A DNA stretch of 64,000 nt from an uncultured bacterium (lineage in GTDB: Bacteria > Babelota > Babeliae > Babelales > Babelaceae), in contig OY970209.1 of the NCBI GenBank assembly GCA_963713855.1, positions 640,001 to 704,000 on the forward strand, in the 5' to 3' direction. The first letter of the stretch is position 1, and every line of letters begins with the position of its first letter. The notes under the pieces are model-generated. The model ran no database searches, was not told the DNA's origin, and saw only the letters and a list, made by a program, of their open reading frames with translations. Positions 45,570 to 56,996 of the stretch are shown here, in pieces. The translations under genes were made by a program, and so were the position numbers.

Positions 45570-45933
45570 ATACCTACCCTTTCGGATTCTGCGTAAAAAA
45601 TTCCACTCACACCTCTTGTCGATAAGCAGTCTAGCACGCCAAAAAAAACAAGCAAGTGCTTGATTCACTACATATACCAATTTATTACACGCGTAAAAGT
45701 GGGTTATGTTTTTTGTTAATTGATACAAAAAAGATAGGGATTGCTTGAACGTATTATTTCATCTGCAACTTTTTTAAAAAGATGTTTTTATACGCTGTCA
45801 AAATGGGCAAGTAGATCACATACTCAGCTTAAAGCCCTAGCCTCAAACTCATAGTATGCGGTAGTATAGGAGGGTTGCTGGTGTGGATTGCCGACAAAAA
45901 CGCGCTTTATTAAATTGAAATAGTGGATGAGCA

Positions 45934-46872
45934 ATGATATACATAATTGTCTTCTGGTATTTGTTCATATTTTTTCAATGCATCGATGGTCTGGCACGGC
46001 AAGAACTATGTAGCGATGTAGTCACGCGGCGCCCTTATGCGAGTCGAAACAGCCACATGTTTCTTCTTAAAAGTAAGGAAACGCAATGGCTCATAAAGCA
46101 GAGAAAAGGTGCTTACGTCGACTCACAGCTGACGCCTGTGCTTGAGACACTGGGTACAAGCATGGCTGAAAGAATTGGTATTATCTGTAATCACGTGCGT
46201 CTTGTTCCAATTAATGCATGTAAAAAATATAAGCGAGCAAAAAATCGGCCAGCTACGCTTCACTCGTTGGTTCCAGGCGTATCACCGCGAGCTACAAAAC
46301 ATATGGCATCGCTTAATATCCATCAGACTATGGAACGACCGTGTGGTAAGAAGTGTGGCTTTACAAGACCGGTCATATCAGGTATGGCACTACATGCTTC
46401 GTTGCCGGCAATTGTAGCGCTTGATACCTTTATTGGTAACAGCGATCGCAGCTCTGTCAACTTACTTTATGATCCCAACACTGATAATTTTTATGCGATT
46501 GATTTTGGATTCAGTTTTAAATCTAATCTTGCAAAGGGGGCATTAGCAACTTTGATCGCGCTTGATGGGTCTCGCGCAGTCTTGTCGCTTTCTGAAGTAC
46601 AAGCACTTACAAAGTACAGGGACACTTTGCAGACGTTGTTGACGGTTTATAGGCCCGAAACAATGATTGCTCAATTTCGTGTTCTAGTAAAGCAGGCTGG
46701 ACTTTTTAGTAAGAGTGCCTCTTTTGCTGAGGGCAAAAAAAAGTTGAAACAAACCTTGGCTCTACATGAACGATTTATGCACGATACGCATCATTCCACA
46801 ACTAAGCTTGTGCGTTATTTAAATGAAGCTTTGCCGCGTTTTCAAGGTCGTATACAACCGGAACCACAGTGA
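45934..46872 (+). CDS. Secreted HipA-like / PI3-PI4-kinase-like protein
   Basis: WLIKQ (Lys), LETLG (Glu), ALDTFIGNSDRSSVN, YAIDFG; N-terminal hydrophobic signal. Confidence 0.7.
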   Translation: MIYIIVFWYLFIFFQCIDGLARQELCSDVVTRRPYASRNSHMFLLKSKETQWLIKQRKGAYVDSQLTPVLETLGTSMAERIGIICNHVRLVPINACKKYKRAKNRPATLHSLVPGVSPRATKHMASLNIHQTMERPCGKKCGFTRPVISGMALHASLPAIVALDTFIGNSDRSSVNLLYDPNTDNFYAIDFGFSFKSNLAKGALATLIALDGSRAVLSLSEVQALTKYRDTLQTLLTVYRPETMIAQFRVLVKQAGLFSKSASFAEGKKKLKQTLALHERFMHDTHHSTTKLVRYLNEALPRFQGRIQPEPQ

Positions 46873-46882
46873 GGAGTGCATC

Positions 46883-47818
46883 ATGTTAAACAGTAGATCG
46901 GTGTTTTCTATTTTCCTATTTCTTTCTTACGGTCTTGCTTTTGGTGCTAAAAAAGATGGCATCTGCGACGACGTTGTTGCTAAAAATCATTTTGCTGCAA
47001 TGTGTAGTCATATATCTTTGTTGCGTAAAGCAGATCGCTCGCAGTGGCTTATAAAACAGCGCAGAGATTCATCAATAAACGGACAGTTTATATGTGTAAC
47101 GGAAACGCTTGGTGGTAGTATGGCCGAGTTTTTAGGTATTCCGTGCAATAAAGTAAAACTTGTTCCCGCTCATAGTTGTACGAAATATAAGAAATACAAA
47201 AACTATCCTGCGACTTTGCATAATTTTTTACCGGGAAAAATGGCCTGTTATAAACGCGTTAATATTTACCAACCAGTTGGCAAGCGGTGCCGTAATTTTT
47301 GTGGTATGAGTGACGATGTGGTTAAAAATATGTCACAGCATCCAACCTTGCCGCTTATTGTCGCTTTGGACACCTTTATGGGGGGCACGGATCGCGGTTG
47401 CGCAAATGTAATGTACGACGAAAAAACAAACACATATTATGGAATCGATTTTGGTTCTGGCTTTAGTGCGAATTTAGCTGGCATAGCTCTTGAAAATATG
47501 AAACTCATAGAGAGAATGCTCGTCTTTACTCCTGCGCATATTGAGGGACTTACCATTTACCGTAATGCCTTAAAGCGCTTGGTAAATTGGTATAAGCCGA
47601 GTGTTGTGTATGCAAGGCTTGAAAGCCTCGCTCACGAGGCTGGCCTTTTTGCAAAAACGAGCTTCTACACTAAAAATAAGGCAAAGCTTAAAGAAAAGCT
47701 TTCTAGATCTAAAAAATATATCTATGAAAGTTACGCTTCAACGGTGGCCCTCATTCGTTACCTCGATCAAAAGATACCTCAATGGAATGCAAAAGCTAAT
47801 CAACTGCCGAAAGCTTGA
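46883..47818 (+). CDS. Secreted HipA-like / PI3-PI4-kinase-like protein (tandem paralogue)
   Basis: WLIKQ, TETLG, ALDTFMGGTDRGCAN, YGIDFG; GAGGAG RBS; signal peptide. Confidence 0.7.
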   Translation: MLNSRSVFSIFLFLSYGLAFGAKKDGICDDVVAKNHFAAMCSHISLLRKADRSQWLIKQRRDSSINGQFICVTETLGGSMAEFLGIPCNKVKLVPAHSCTKYKKYKNYPATLHNFLPGKMACYKRVNIYQPVGKRCRNFCGMSDDVVKNMSQHPTLPLIVALDTFMGGTDRGCANVMYDEKTNTYYGIDFGSGFSANLAGIALENMKLIERMLVFTPAHIEGLTIYRNALKRLVNWYKPSVVYARLESLAHEAGLFAKTSFYTKNKAKLKEKLSRSKKYIYESYASTVALIRYLDQKIPQWNAKANQLPKA

Positions 47819-48167
47819 TCATGCAAGGGGCATGGTCTACGATGTGTACGCTTTTAGGAAGCGCAAAATGTTCCCTTTTTAACGTAACTGATTGAGTGCC
47901 ATGTTTAAGGCCTTTGCCCGGAATATAAATTGTTTTCTGTTTTCTGGTAAGTGATCGTAATGAACGGCGTAGCCCTCTAAGTGTTAGATTGATTTCTTTT
48001 GGGGCATCCTCAAGAGTTTGGTTTTTACTAAGTTCAATTGATACCTCAAACGGGTATATTGCTTCTACAAGATAGCGGTCGCTCCATAGGGACCAGAGTA
48101 TGTATGCAATAATGCAGGCAGCTACGTAAGAAACACTCTTGCTTTCAAGGGCTATAGTATGCTTCAT
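47796..48167 (-). CDS. Short CdaR/YbbR-like protein
   Basis: N-terminal TM ending AYILW, then P.EINLTLRG.R..L and LPKSVHIV...P; overlaps the DAC-like gene as in cdaA-cdaR operons. Confidence 0.6.
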   Translation of the reverse strand: MKHTIALESKSVSYVAACIIAYILWSLWSDRYLVEAIYPFEVSIELSKNQTLEDAPKEINLTLRGLRRSLRSLTRKQKTIYIPGKGLKHGTQSVTLKREHFALPKSVHIVDHAPCMIKLSAVD

Positions 48168-48994
48168 GCCAAGTCCTTTGCACTTTCTTTACCTCTTTCT
48201 GAATATGCGTAGACATTTAACTGCCGAGGCAAGACAAGATAACGTTTTATAAGAGCACATGTGTGCGATGCAGTCAAACCTTCAATGATTTTTCCTTGAA
48301 CGATGCACGAAAATAGTCGTGTTTGTGGCGATAGCGAAAGGACAAAGGCATCTGTTTCTTGGGTTAATATAAGTGCTTTTTTTTGCCATGTGCACAAAGT
48401 TTCTCCACTTGTATCTTTGTACACCCTATTCAAAATGGGATCTGCATTGAACGCCTTTATGCTTCCATTCTTTGTAATCCATACAAAATCGGTATCCTGT
48501 TTTGCGTCGATGATCATCTTAACGAGCTCGCTGTGCATTTGTGCATTAAGAAGATACGCGGGGACGAGGATTTTTTGTAAAGTGTCGTCCCGTTCGATTA
48601 TAAAAGGTATTTCTTTTTGCTTTGCAACGCCATATAGTGAAGCTCTAACGAGTTCGTCGACCCAAAGATAATGGACCGGATAGGGCGGTTTAAGTCTCTT
48701 TGCGCCAAGAGGGTAATTTTGAAGCGTTTGATGATGCGTCATGATGAGTATCATAATGACAACGGGGCTGCCCCATAAAAGAAGTGAGCTTACTACATAA
48801 AGCTGTGTATAGTACGTTATTCCTGTAAGAAAAGCGTAGGCGTAGAAGCTTTTAAGTGGGCGGTAGCTTGTGTCGTGCCGAAGCCAGCTTATAAAATAGT
48901 TGATAAGGTACCAGAGAATACTTATTTCTACAACGTCCTGCCACGCGTAGATGTGCAAAGTATCACGTAGAATGGTCATTAATATTTGTACCAC
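48164..48994 (-). CDS. CdaA-like diadenylate cyclase homologue with degenerate active site
   Basis: WQDVVEI N-terminus, 3 TM helices, IIER..TL, L.A.M.SELV, LTQETDAFVLSLS; lacks DGA and RHR. Confidence 0.7.
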   Translation of the reverse strand: MVQILMTILRDTLHIYAWQDVVEISILWYLINYFISWLRHDTSYRPLKSFYAYAFLTGITYYTQLYVVSSLLLWGSPVVIMILIMTHHQTLQNYPLGAKRLKPPYPVHYLWVDELVRASLYGVAKQKEIPFIIERDDTLQKILVPAYLLNAQMHSELVKMIIDAKQDTDFVWITKNGSIKAFNADPILNRVYKDTSGETLCTWQKKALILTQETDAFVLSLSPQTRLFSCIVQGKIIEGLTASHTCALIKRYLVLPRQLNVYAYSERGKESAKDLA

Positions 48995-49059
48995 GGTTAC
49001 CTTTCCTTTAGAAAAACTACTATACTAGAGATGTCTAGCTATATGAAAGATTTGGGTAA

Positions 49060-50106
<1,047 letters not shown>

Positions 50107-50148
50107 CCATGTTAACGTTAAGCCTGCTACAAAGGCGGGATCAAGAAA

Positions 50149-50472
50149 ATGAATGAACAACCTTTGGCACTCGTCTGTAAAGCCGTAAAGTTCTGCCATC
50201 AATTTGACGAGGATGCTTTTTTTGACTGGATAAAAAAAATACCTTCTATAATAAGCTTTGAATATCCTGGCGATGAAGGAATTCGTGATGAGCTACACCT
50301 CACGGTTAAAAGTGCACGCATATCTGATGAAGATCTGAGGGCGATTATCGGATTATTTTGTAAATATGATATTGACATGAGACAGCTGAAAGTTTTCATT
50401 AACGAAGATAATAAATCCTGGATTCGCAAAGACGGTAAGGGATATTGGAATAAGCGGATATTCATTTCGTAA
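50149..50472 (+). CDS. Small hypothetical protein
   Basis: 107-aa ORF with globular composition (DEDAFFDWIKKI, DLRAIIGLF.KY.IDM.QL). Confidence 0.65.
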   Translation: MNEQPLALVCKAVKFCHQFDEDAFFDWIKKIPSIISFEYPGDEGIRDELHLTVKSARISDEDLRAIIGLFCKYDIDMRQLKVFINEDNKSWIRKDGKGYWNKRIFIS

Positions 50473-50545
50473 ACTACCTGGTGGCACGAGCTAGAGATAG
50501 TGCGGCCGCGCTCATTACACCTCAGGATACTCAGTGGCATATAGA

Positions 50546-50800
50546 TTACCTCCAGGCATCTTTGTGCTTAACTTTTTTTGCGGTTTTGTAATCTCGAATT
50601 TTAGCGGTTGTTGATAAAGCCATATCTTCGCGCCTATCAAGCGCTTCCAAAATTGATTCAAGAGCCATGTAAAAAAGTTTTTGTGATTCTTGATCTGCTT
50701 TTTCATACTCGCGTAAAACTTCAGTTAGATAAGCAATAGCTTCTTGCGGATCCTTTAAAGAGTCAGCCAAAAGATCCTGATATTTTTTACTTGTTGGCAT
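50546..50800 (-). pseudogene. Truncated addiction-module antidote-like protein
   Basis: YQDLL..SLKDPQEAIAYL...F.MAL..I.EA N-terminus typical of HI1420-like antitoxins; HTH part missing; GGAG RBS. Confidence 0.5.
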
Positions 50801-50844
50801 CCCAAAGCTCCTTGTAATCAGATCTAGATAATAACACTTGCCTT

Positions 50845-52956
50845 TTACTTCTTTTGCTCTTTGAATGCAAGCAGCTCTTGTCCAGTTTTAGCTCCATTTT
50901 TTAGCAACAGATCTATAAGTTCCTTTGAAGCGTCTACCTTTAGCGCCATGTCCAAAGGAGTTAGATCATTATGATTAATTGCATTAACTTCAGCATGATG
51001 TGTTAAAAGGAGTTCTGAGAGCAACTCATCTTTGCATGAAACGGCGTAATGTAGCGGGGTATGGCCAAAGGCATCTTTGATAGTAGTGCGAGCATTATAT
51101 TTAAGAAGAAGATGCGTTAAAACTATATTTTGGTGGCTTACCACTAGCATGAGCGGAAAATTTTTGTTACCAAGGTTAGGGTCTGCTCCATGGGACAGCA
51201 AAAGCTCAGCAAGATCATACCTGTCATGAATGAGCGTCGTATAAAGTGGTGTTCCTAAGTCATCTTCCTTCAGTACATTTACGGTTGCTCCATGCTCTAC
51301 AAAAAACTGTGCAACTTCTAAGGGCTGGTTACCGTTAACAGCTTTTATTAAACCATTGGTCGCTGCATTCGCATTTCCTGTTATAACAAGGGGATACTCC
51401 ATGAGGAAATTTTCAATAGCCTTGTGGCCTAATGCTTGCGCAATCATAACGGGTGCTCGTCCGTAGTGGTCTTTTGTCTCAAGATAAGCACCCTCTTCAA
51501 CAATGTCCATGACGGCCTTGATGTCATCTCTTCGGACGGCTGCGAATAATCGTGCATCTAAATCAGTCATGGAAAGGGGTAACAAAAGAGCTTTTCCGCG
51601 TTCTTCAATAACTTTAGCGACAATTACTTCAAGTTCTTTTTTATATTCTGTAAGACCATATTCAGGCATCATATTATAACGATATATTTTTACTTCACTT
51701 TCTGGATTGAGCAAAAAATCATCAGTAACTAGAATACGAGCTTGAATACGATCCATATCTTCGTGATCAATAAACTCGGGATGTTCGCGGTAGAGGTCGA
51801 GGTAGGTTTTGGCATCTAAGGTCGCCGGATCATACGTGCTATCTTTCACCGTTATTATTTTTGAGGGCAGAGTGGATGGCCCACTTAATGGTCTTCCATA
51901 TGCTTGGGCTAAATAGACGTATGTATTAACCTTGTTTACGGGGACAAAGATTTGTAACAAATTGCCGCCGTCCTCTGGAGCAAAGCGCTTAAATAGTAAT
52001 TCTAGCTCTCGTATATATTTCGAATCGAGGTCAAGTGCGTTAAAAATGAGTCCTAAAAGCTGTGCCGGTGGACTTATGCTGGCGTTAGCAGCAAAGTATC
52101 TGAATGTATTTTCACTCCAGTCTAACGAGTTTCCAAATAAAGATATATTAGCAGAGATAAGCAGTTGAACGATCTCGGCAGCGCGATCTCCACGGACCAC
52201 TTTCTTAATGATTTGGGCTAACGTTTTGTTGTATGCGGTAGTGAAAGGCAATCGCATATATTCAAAATTTTGAGGAATTTCTTTTTGATACAGTTGACGC
52301 ATTAGCTCGCGCAATACGTCGTAAAAGAGAATGAAATTTTTATCTTGTGCGTGATAAAAGACGAAATGATCTCTGTGTGCTCGCTCTTTTGCAATGGCGC
52401 GAATGAATAATTCGTTAAACCTTCCCGTTCTTCTTCTTAATTCACGCACAACTTTGCTGTTCAGAAGAGCTTTTTGCAACAGAGGCCTTGCAAGATAGGC
52501 CTCACTTTGCGTCAACGGTAGATCCTTACCTGTCGCTGCAAAAGATAAAAGATCAGTAATGCTTGGAGTTTCGTCTCCATGGGTTTCTATTACCTCCTCA
52601 TGTATAGGAATGAGTAAAGGATTAGGGCTTTTAAGCTTGAATCTAACGGAAAGACGTCCCAGAAGATCATCAACGTACTCGAATACATTTCCCCCTGAGT
52701 ATTTATACCGATCGCCAAAAATCTCAATAAACGTAGATATGTGGTTATAAAGGTGATCAGCATTTGACTTGGTTGCGACATTGGTTGGAGCACTTAAGAG
52801 CCTTCTGACATCGTTTTCGAATGAGCTAATTTTTTGAATAAATTCATCTTCATTAGTAACTACCAAGTCCTCAATTGCACTTTCTGAAATGGGTTTGGTT
52901 TCGCTATAAAGTTTCATACCTGCTATCAGGATCAGCAATATTAAGCACTTTTTCAT
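50845..52956 (-). CDS. Secreted protein: uncharacterised (ART-like?) central domain + C-terminal ankyrin repeats
   Basis: Signal peptide; GHTPLHYAV, LTPLDMA, LLSHGADPN ankyrin motifs. Confidence 0.8.
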   Translation of the reverse strand: MKKCLILLILIAGMKLYSETKPISESAIEDLVVTNEDEFIQKISSFENDVRRLLSAPTNVATKSNADHLYNHISTFIEIFGDRYKYSGGNVFEYVDDLLGRLSVRFKLKSPNPLLIPIHEEVIETHGDETPSITDLLSFAATGKDLPLTQSEAYLARPLLQKALLNSKVVRELRRRTGRFNELFIRAIAKERAHRDHFVFYHAQDKNFILFYDVLRELMRQLYQKEIPQNFEYMRLPFTTAYNKTLAQIIKKVVRGDRAAEIVQLLISANISLFGNSLDWSENTFRYFAANASISPPAQLLGLIFNALDLDSKYIRELELLFKRFAPEDGGNLLQIFVPVNKVNTYVYLAQAYGRPLSGPSTLPSKIITVKDSTYDPATLDAKTYLDLYREHPEFIDHEDMDRIQARILVTDDFLLNPESEVKIYRYNMMPEYGLTEYKKELEVIVAKVIEERGKALLLPLSMTDLDARLFAAVRRDDIKAVMDIVEEGAYLETKDHYGRAPVMIAQALGHKAIENFLMEYPLVITGNANAATNGLIKAVNGNQPLEVAQFFVEHGATVNVLKEDDLGTPLYTTLIHDRYDLAELLLSHGADPNLGNKNFPLMLVVSHQNIVLTHLLLKYNARTTIKDAFGHTPLHYAVSCKDELLSELLLTHHAEVNAINHNDLTPLDMALKVDASKELIDLLLKNGAKTGQELLAFKEQKK

Positions 52957-53161
52957 TTGTGGCCTCAAAAAACAATATTATTTCTTTAATTATAAAATTG
53001 TAAGGCGAAAGTCGCAATTCGTATGATTCTTTTACTTGCTCATCTTGGCGCCCCTTGTGTTTTTCTTTTCTTTGTATAGGCTTTCATACCGTAAAAATTC
53101 TGGGCCGTGCAAAAGAAGATAGCGAGAAGATGCAAGCCTCATCTATTAAAGGTAAAATTTA

Positions 53162-55437
53162 ATGAAAATCGGTGTTTTGCTAAGCGTAGTTTTATGCCTT
53201 CTTGTAAATGCAGAATTGCATGGTGGATGTTCTCTACAATCAGGGATAGCGTATGCTGTGCCTCCAGGTTCAACGGCTACTGGCTCAGTAAGCTTTTCGC
53301 CTTCCGGAGCATACTTGGCTGCTGCTAATAACTCCTCGGCGAATGTGACCATGTTTACCGTGCAAGCGGGTGGAGGCTTAAGCGCTGGCACTTCGTACGC
53401 TTTGCCCGGGGGTTCTTCAGGGCCGGAGCTGGTAGCGTTCTCCCCGGATAACCTATACTTGGCTACTCCTAACAATCTTTCAAATGATGTAACAATATTT
53501 AGCGTTGGAGTGGGAGGAGTTTTGAGCGGGGTATCTCTTATGCTTTGCCTTCTGGTTCAGTTAATCCGTTCTCGGTGGCATTCTCGCCTTCTGGTAGCTA
53601 TTTAGCCACCGCTAATTATAACTCAGCTAATGTAACAATCTTTACCGTAGGGGCAGGAGGAGTTTTGAGTGCTGGAGTCTCTTATGCTTTACCTGCGGGT
53701 TCTACAAATCCTCACATACTCGCGTTCTCACCTTCTGGTGCGTATTTGGCAGTCGCTAATGAGATATCAAATGATGTCACCGTATTTTCCGTATCATCAG
53801 GGGGAACACTTAGTGGAGGTAAATCTTACTCATTGCCGGCCGCTTCGACTAATTGCCGCTCAGTGGCCTTTTCGCCTTCCGGTTTATATCTGGCTACTGC
53901 TAATAGCGCTTCAAACGATGTCACCTTATTTACCGTATTACCGGGCGGGGTCTTAAGCAGTGGCACTTCGTATCCATTACCGACCGGTTCTTCAAATCCC
54001 AACCCATTGGCATTCTCACCGTCCGGCGGATACTTAGCTGTTCCTAATTTCACTTCAAATAACGTAACGGTATTTACCGTGTCAGCAAGTGGAACCTTAA
54101 GTAATAGTACCTCGTATGCTTTGCCCGCAGGTGCCTCAAATCCAACTCAAGTAGCATTCTCGCCTTCGGGGGCATACCTGGCAGCTGCTAATCAAAGCTC
54201 CAATAGTGTAACAGTGTTTGCTACTTTAGATTGTGCTATAAGCTCAGTGAGTCCGGCGACCTCTTATCCTTTACCAGCTGGTTCTCAAGAGCCTGACTCA
54301 GTAGTCTTTTCGCAGGATGGTTTGTATCTTGCGACCGCAAATTATAATTCAAGTGATCTCGCGCTTTTTGAAGTAAGTTCGCAAAGTGCGCTCAGTGCTG
54401 GAGCATCGTACGCTTTACCATTGGGTTCATTATCTTCTGATCTTGCTTTTTCTTCTAATACGTCATATCTTGCAACATCCAATAGCAAATCAAATGATGT
54501 AACACTGTTTAAAGTAGAAGGTGGAAATCTCATTGGAGGTACTTCGTATCCATTACCGGCAGGATCTACGCATCCCGCCTCAATTGATTTTTCCCCCAAC
54601 GATCTTTATCTAGCTCTTGCAAATAGTAACTCAAGCGACGTGACCATATTTAAAGTCGTTGGAGGCGCATTAACTGGTGCTCTGTCCTATCCATTACCAG
54701 CAGGGTCACTAGATCCTGTAGCCGTAGCTTTTGCACCGGATGGCTCGTATCTTGCTACAGCAAATGTTGTTTCAAATGACGTAGCGCTTTTTAACGTGAT
54801 AAATGGGACGTTAAGTAGTATATCTTCTAAGACTTTACCTTCTGGTTCTAATCGGCCGCGGTCACTAGTTTTCCTATCGAACAAAAGTGGCGGTTATTTT
54901 ATCGCTACTGCTAATAGTGATTCGAATGATGTGACCATCTTTCCACTCAATGCGGGCGTATTGAGTGCAGGCGTATCCTATCCATTACCTCTGGGAGCTC
55001 TTGATCCTTTATTTATAGCTGCCTCATTTGATGGCTCTTACCTTGCCACCGCTGATAGTGGCTCAAATAGTATTACCCTTTTGAAAGTTACGGGCGACAT
55101 GTTAGATCAGGGTACCTCTTATTACCTACCGTCTTCGTCAAGCACGGACGTTGCAATAGCATTTTCACCAGTTCTTTCAAGTAGCGGGGACACAGTGCTT
55201 GCAACGGCTAATATTGCCTCAAACGATGTGTCGGTCTTTCCTGTTCTTGGTCCTACGGGAGATGGTGGCAGTCTTCCTCTAGGAGTCATTATAGGAACAA
55301 CGGTAGGAGTACCCGTCGGTCTTGTCGTTTTAACAGCGATAGGTGTAGTTAGTTCTTGGTCAGTCTATAGATGCTTGCATCGGCATCGCCCAAGCAGCGT
55401 TAATTTTGACGGCACCGAATCGGCACAAACTCTTTGA
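53162..55437 (+). CDS. Membrane-anchored 14-bladed (2x7) beta-propeller protein, frameshift near 53530
   Basis: ORFs 53162..53605 and 53545..55437 join if a G is added in GCGGGGTA; 14 repeats counted; C-terminal TM plus RCLHRHR. Confidence 0.82.
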
Positions 55438-55482
55438 ATTTCTGATGATTCTACGGCTAAGGCCAGTCGGCCTACTTTATCA

Positions 55483-55926
55483 TCATTTTCGAATTGCCAT
55501 GATTAACTCATCCTTGCGACGTTTTTGCTCCATTGTATTTTCGGGTAGATGCTGAGCCAAAAGCCATAAGGTTTGACGATTTGGGTTTGGTGATTCCATG
55601 ATCAGTGCAAGATAGGTAAACACGCTTTTGAATTTAGGAAGCGAATGTTGAGGATCGGTGCCAAACTTTTGGTAAAACTCTTGTTGCAAGGTGGCTTGAG
55701 ATGTGTTGGGCAGTAACTGGAATAAAAAAGCAAGCTCTTGCTCTTTTGTAAATCCCAATGGCGCTGTAGAGATTCTAGTTTGAGGGGATTCAAGCAAACT
55801 TTTGTAAGTCTGAGATGGGTCTTTATCTAAAGCATCCGCAAAATCCTTAAGCGTAAAGTTTGTGGCAGCGCTTATAAGTGTGGGCAGCATACACATAACG
55901 AATAATGTACAATTTCTCAATCGCAT
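55483..55926 (-). CDS. Secreted hypothetical protein
   Basis: 147 aa, signal peptide, AGGAG RBS. Confidence 0.6.
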   Translation of the reverse strand: MRLRNCTLFVMCMLPTLISAATNFTLKDFADALDKDPSQTYKSLLESPQTRISTAPLGFTKEQELAFLFQLLPNTSQATLQQEFYQKFGTDPQHSLPKFKSVFTYLALIMESPNPNRQTLWLLAQHLPENTMEQKRRKDELIMAIRK

Positions 55927-56216
55927 TGAAAATCTCCTAGTAAGTTTTATTCTTTAAAATAAATAAAAATATTAACAAATGTCAATAAAATGAGCGCTGT
56001 TTAAAAATTTTGTCGCGATCAAAAAAACTATTTCCGGAACTTTCTCTTGATGGTGTTCTGGGAAGATAAGCATACTGCAAAATAAGCAAATAGATCCTGT
56101 TTTTTTGGGGTCACCCCACGAATACTGAGGAGACATGCATCGGTTTTTCTCCCGTAATACAGAAGGTAACAGAGTAAAGTCGTGTATATAGGAAAATACA
56201 GACATAAGGAGGTTAA

Positions 56217-56828
56217 GTGAAGCCTGGTTTCTTTTTGACGTGTATCTTTATTGGCCAGTTTCTTTTTGCACATGAAGGGCATGACAAAATAACTATAGAA
56301 CAAGAAAGTATTAAGTCGAATGAGTCTCATGATGGCGGTAGACCTCAAACATGGATGCAATGGATGGGTGTTTTTCATTTGTTTTTTTTACACTTTCCCC
56401 TTGCTTTAATTAACATGACTGCTATATCCGACTTCATCTTTGCTCGATATAGAAAAGCTCCATTTAAACAAGCTTCCCGCTTTATGTTAATCGCGGCTGC
56501 AATTTTATCTCCTCTTACAGCTTTTCTTGGCTTAGCATACAGCTATTCGGTTTCTTATTATGGAGTAATGGAGACATTTCTTTTTTGGCACATGTGGCTC
56601 GGAATAGCGTCATCTATTCTAAGTATAGCTGTTGCTCTTATTAGAGAGCTTTTCGGGGTAAATGCTTTTTATTACTGTTGTTTGGTTCTTCTCGTCACGA
56701 CAGTAAATATCACTGCTTTTTTTGGAGGAGAAATGACATTTGGGCCATTCCATTTATATTTCCCTCTTAAAAAAAACTCGCAATCTACAAGTCAAGCGAA
56801 GCAAGCAATCAATAACAAGAGTCATTAA
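56217..56828 (+). CDS. DUF2231-like membrane protein
   Basis: AHEGH after signal; G.FHL..LHFPLAL, WHMWLG, FGGEMTFG; GGAGG RBS. Confidence 0.7.
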   Translation: MKPGFFLTCIFIGQFLFAHEGHDKITIEQESIKSNESHDGGRPQTWMQWMGVFHLFFLHFPLALINMTAISDFIFARYRKAPFKQASRFMLIAAAILSPLTAFLGLAYSYSVSYYGVMETFLFWHMWLGIASSILSIAVALIRELFGVNAFYYCCLVLLVTTVNITAFFGGEMTFGPFHLYFPLKKNSQSTSQAKQAINNKSH

Positions 56829-56996
56829 TAACGATCGCAAAAACTCTAATAAAAAACTGCACACTTTAGTTGGTACAAGTATCCAGCCTCTGGTGTAACA
56901 GCGTTATACATATCTTATTGATATTAATCCGTAGCAAATGTGTTATCTGCCATGATATGCTCGGCAAAATAATAAAGTAAACAAGGTGATGCCGGT

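Noticed and set aside
45934..47818. HipBA toxin-antitoxin module
   Set aside because: No HipB/HTH partner nearby and both proteins have N-terminal export signals
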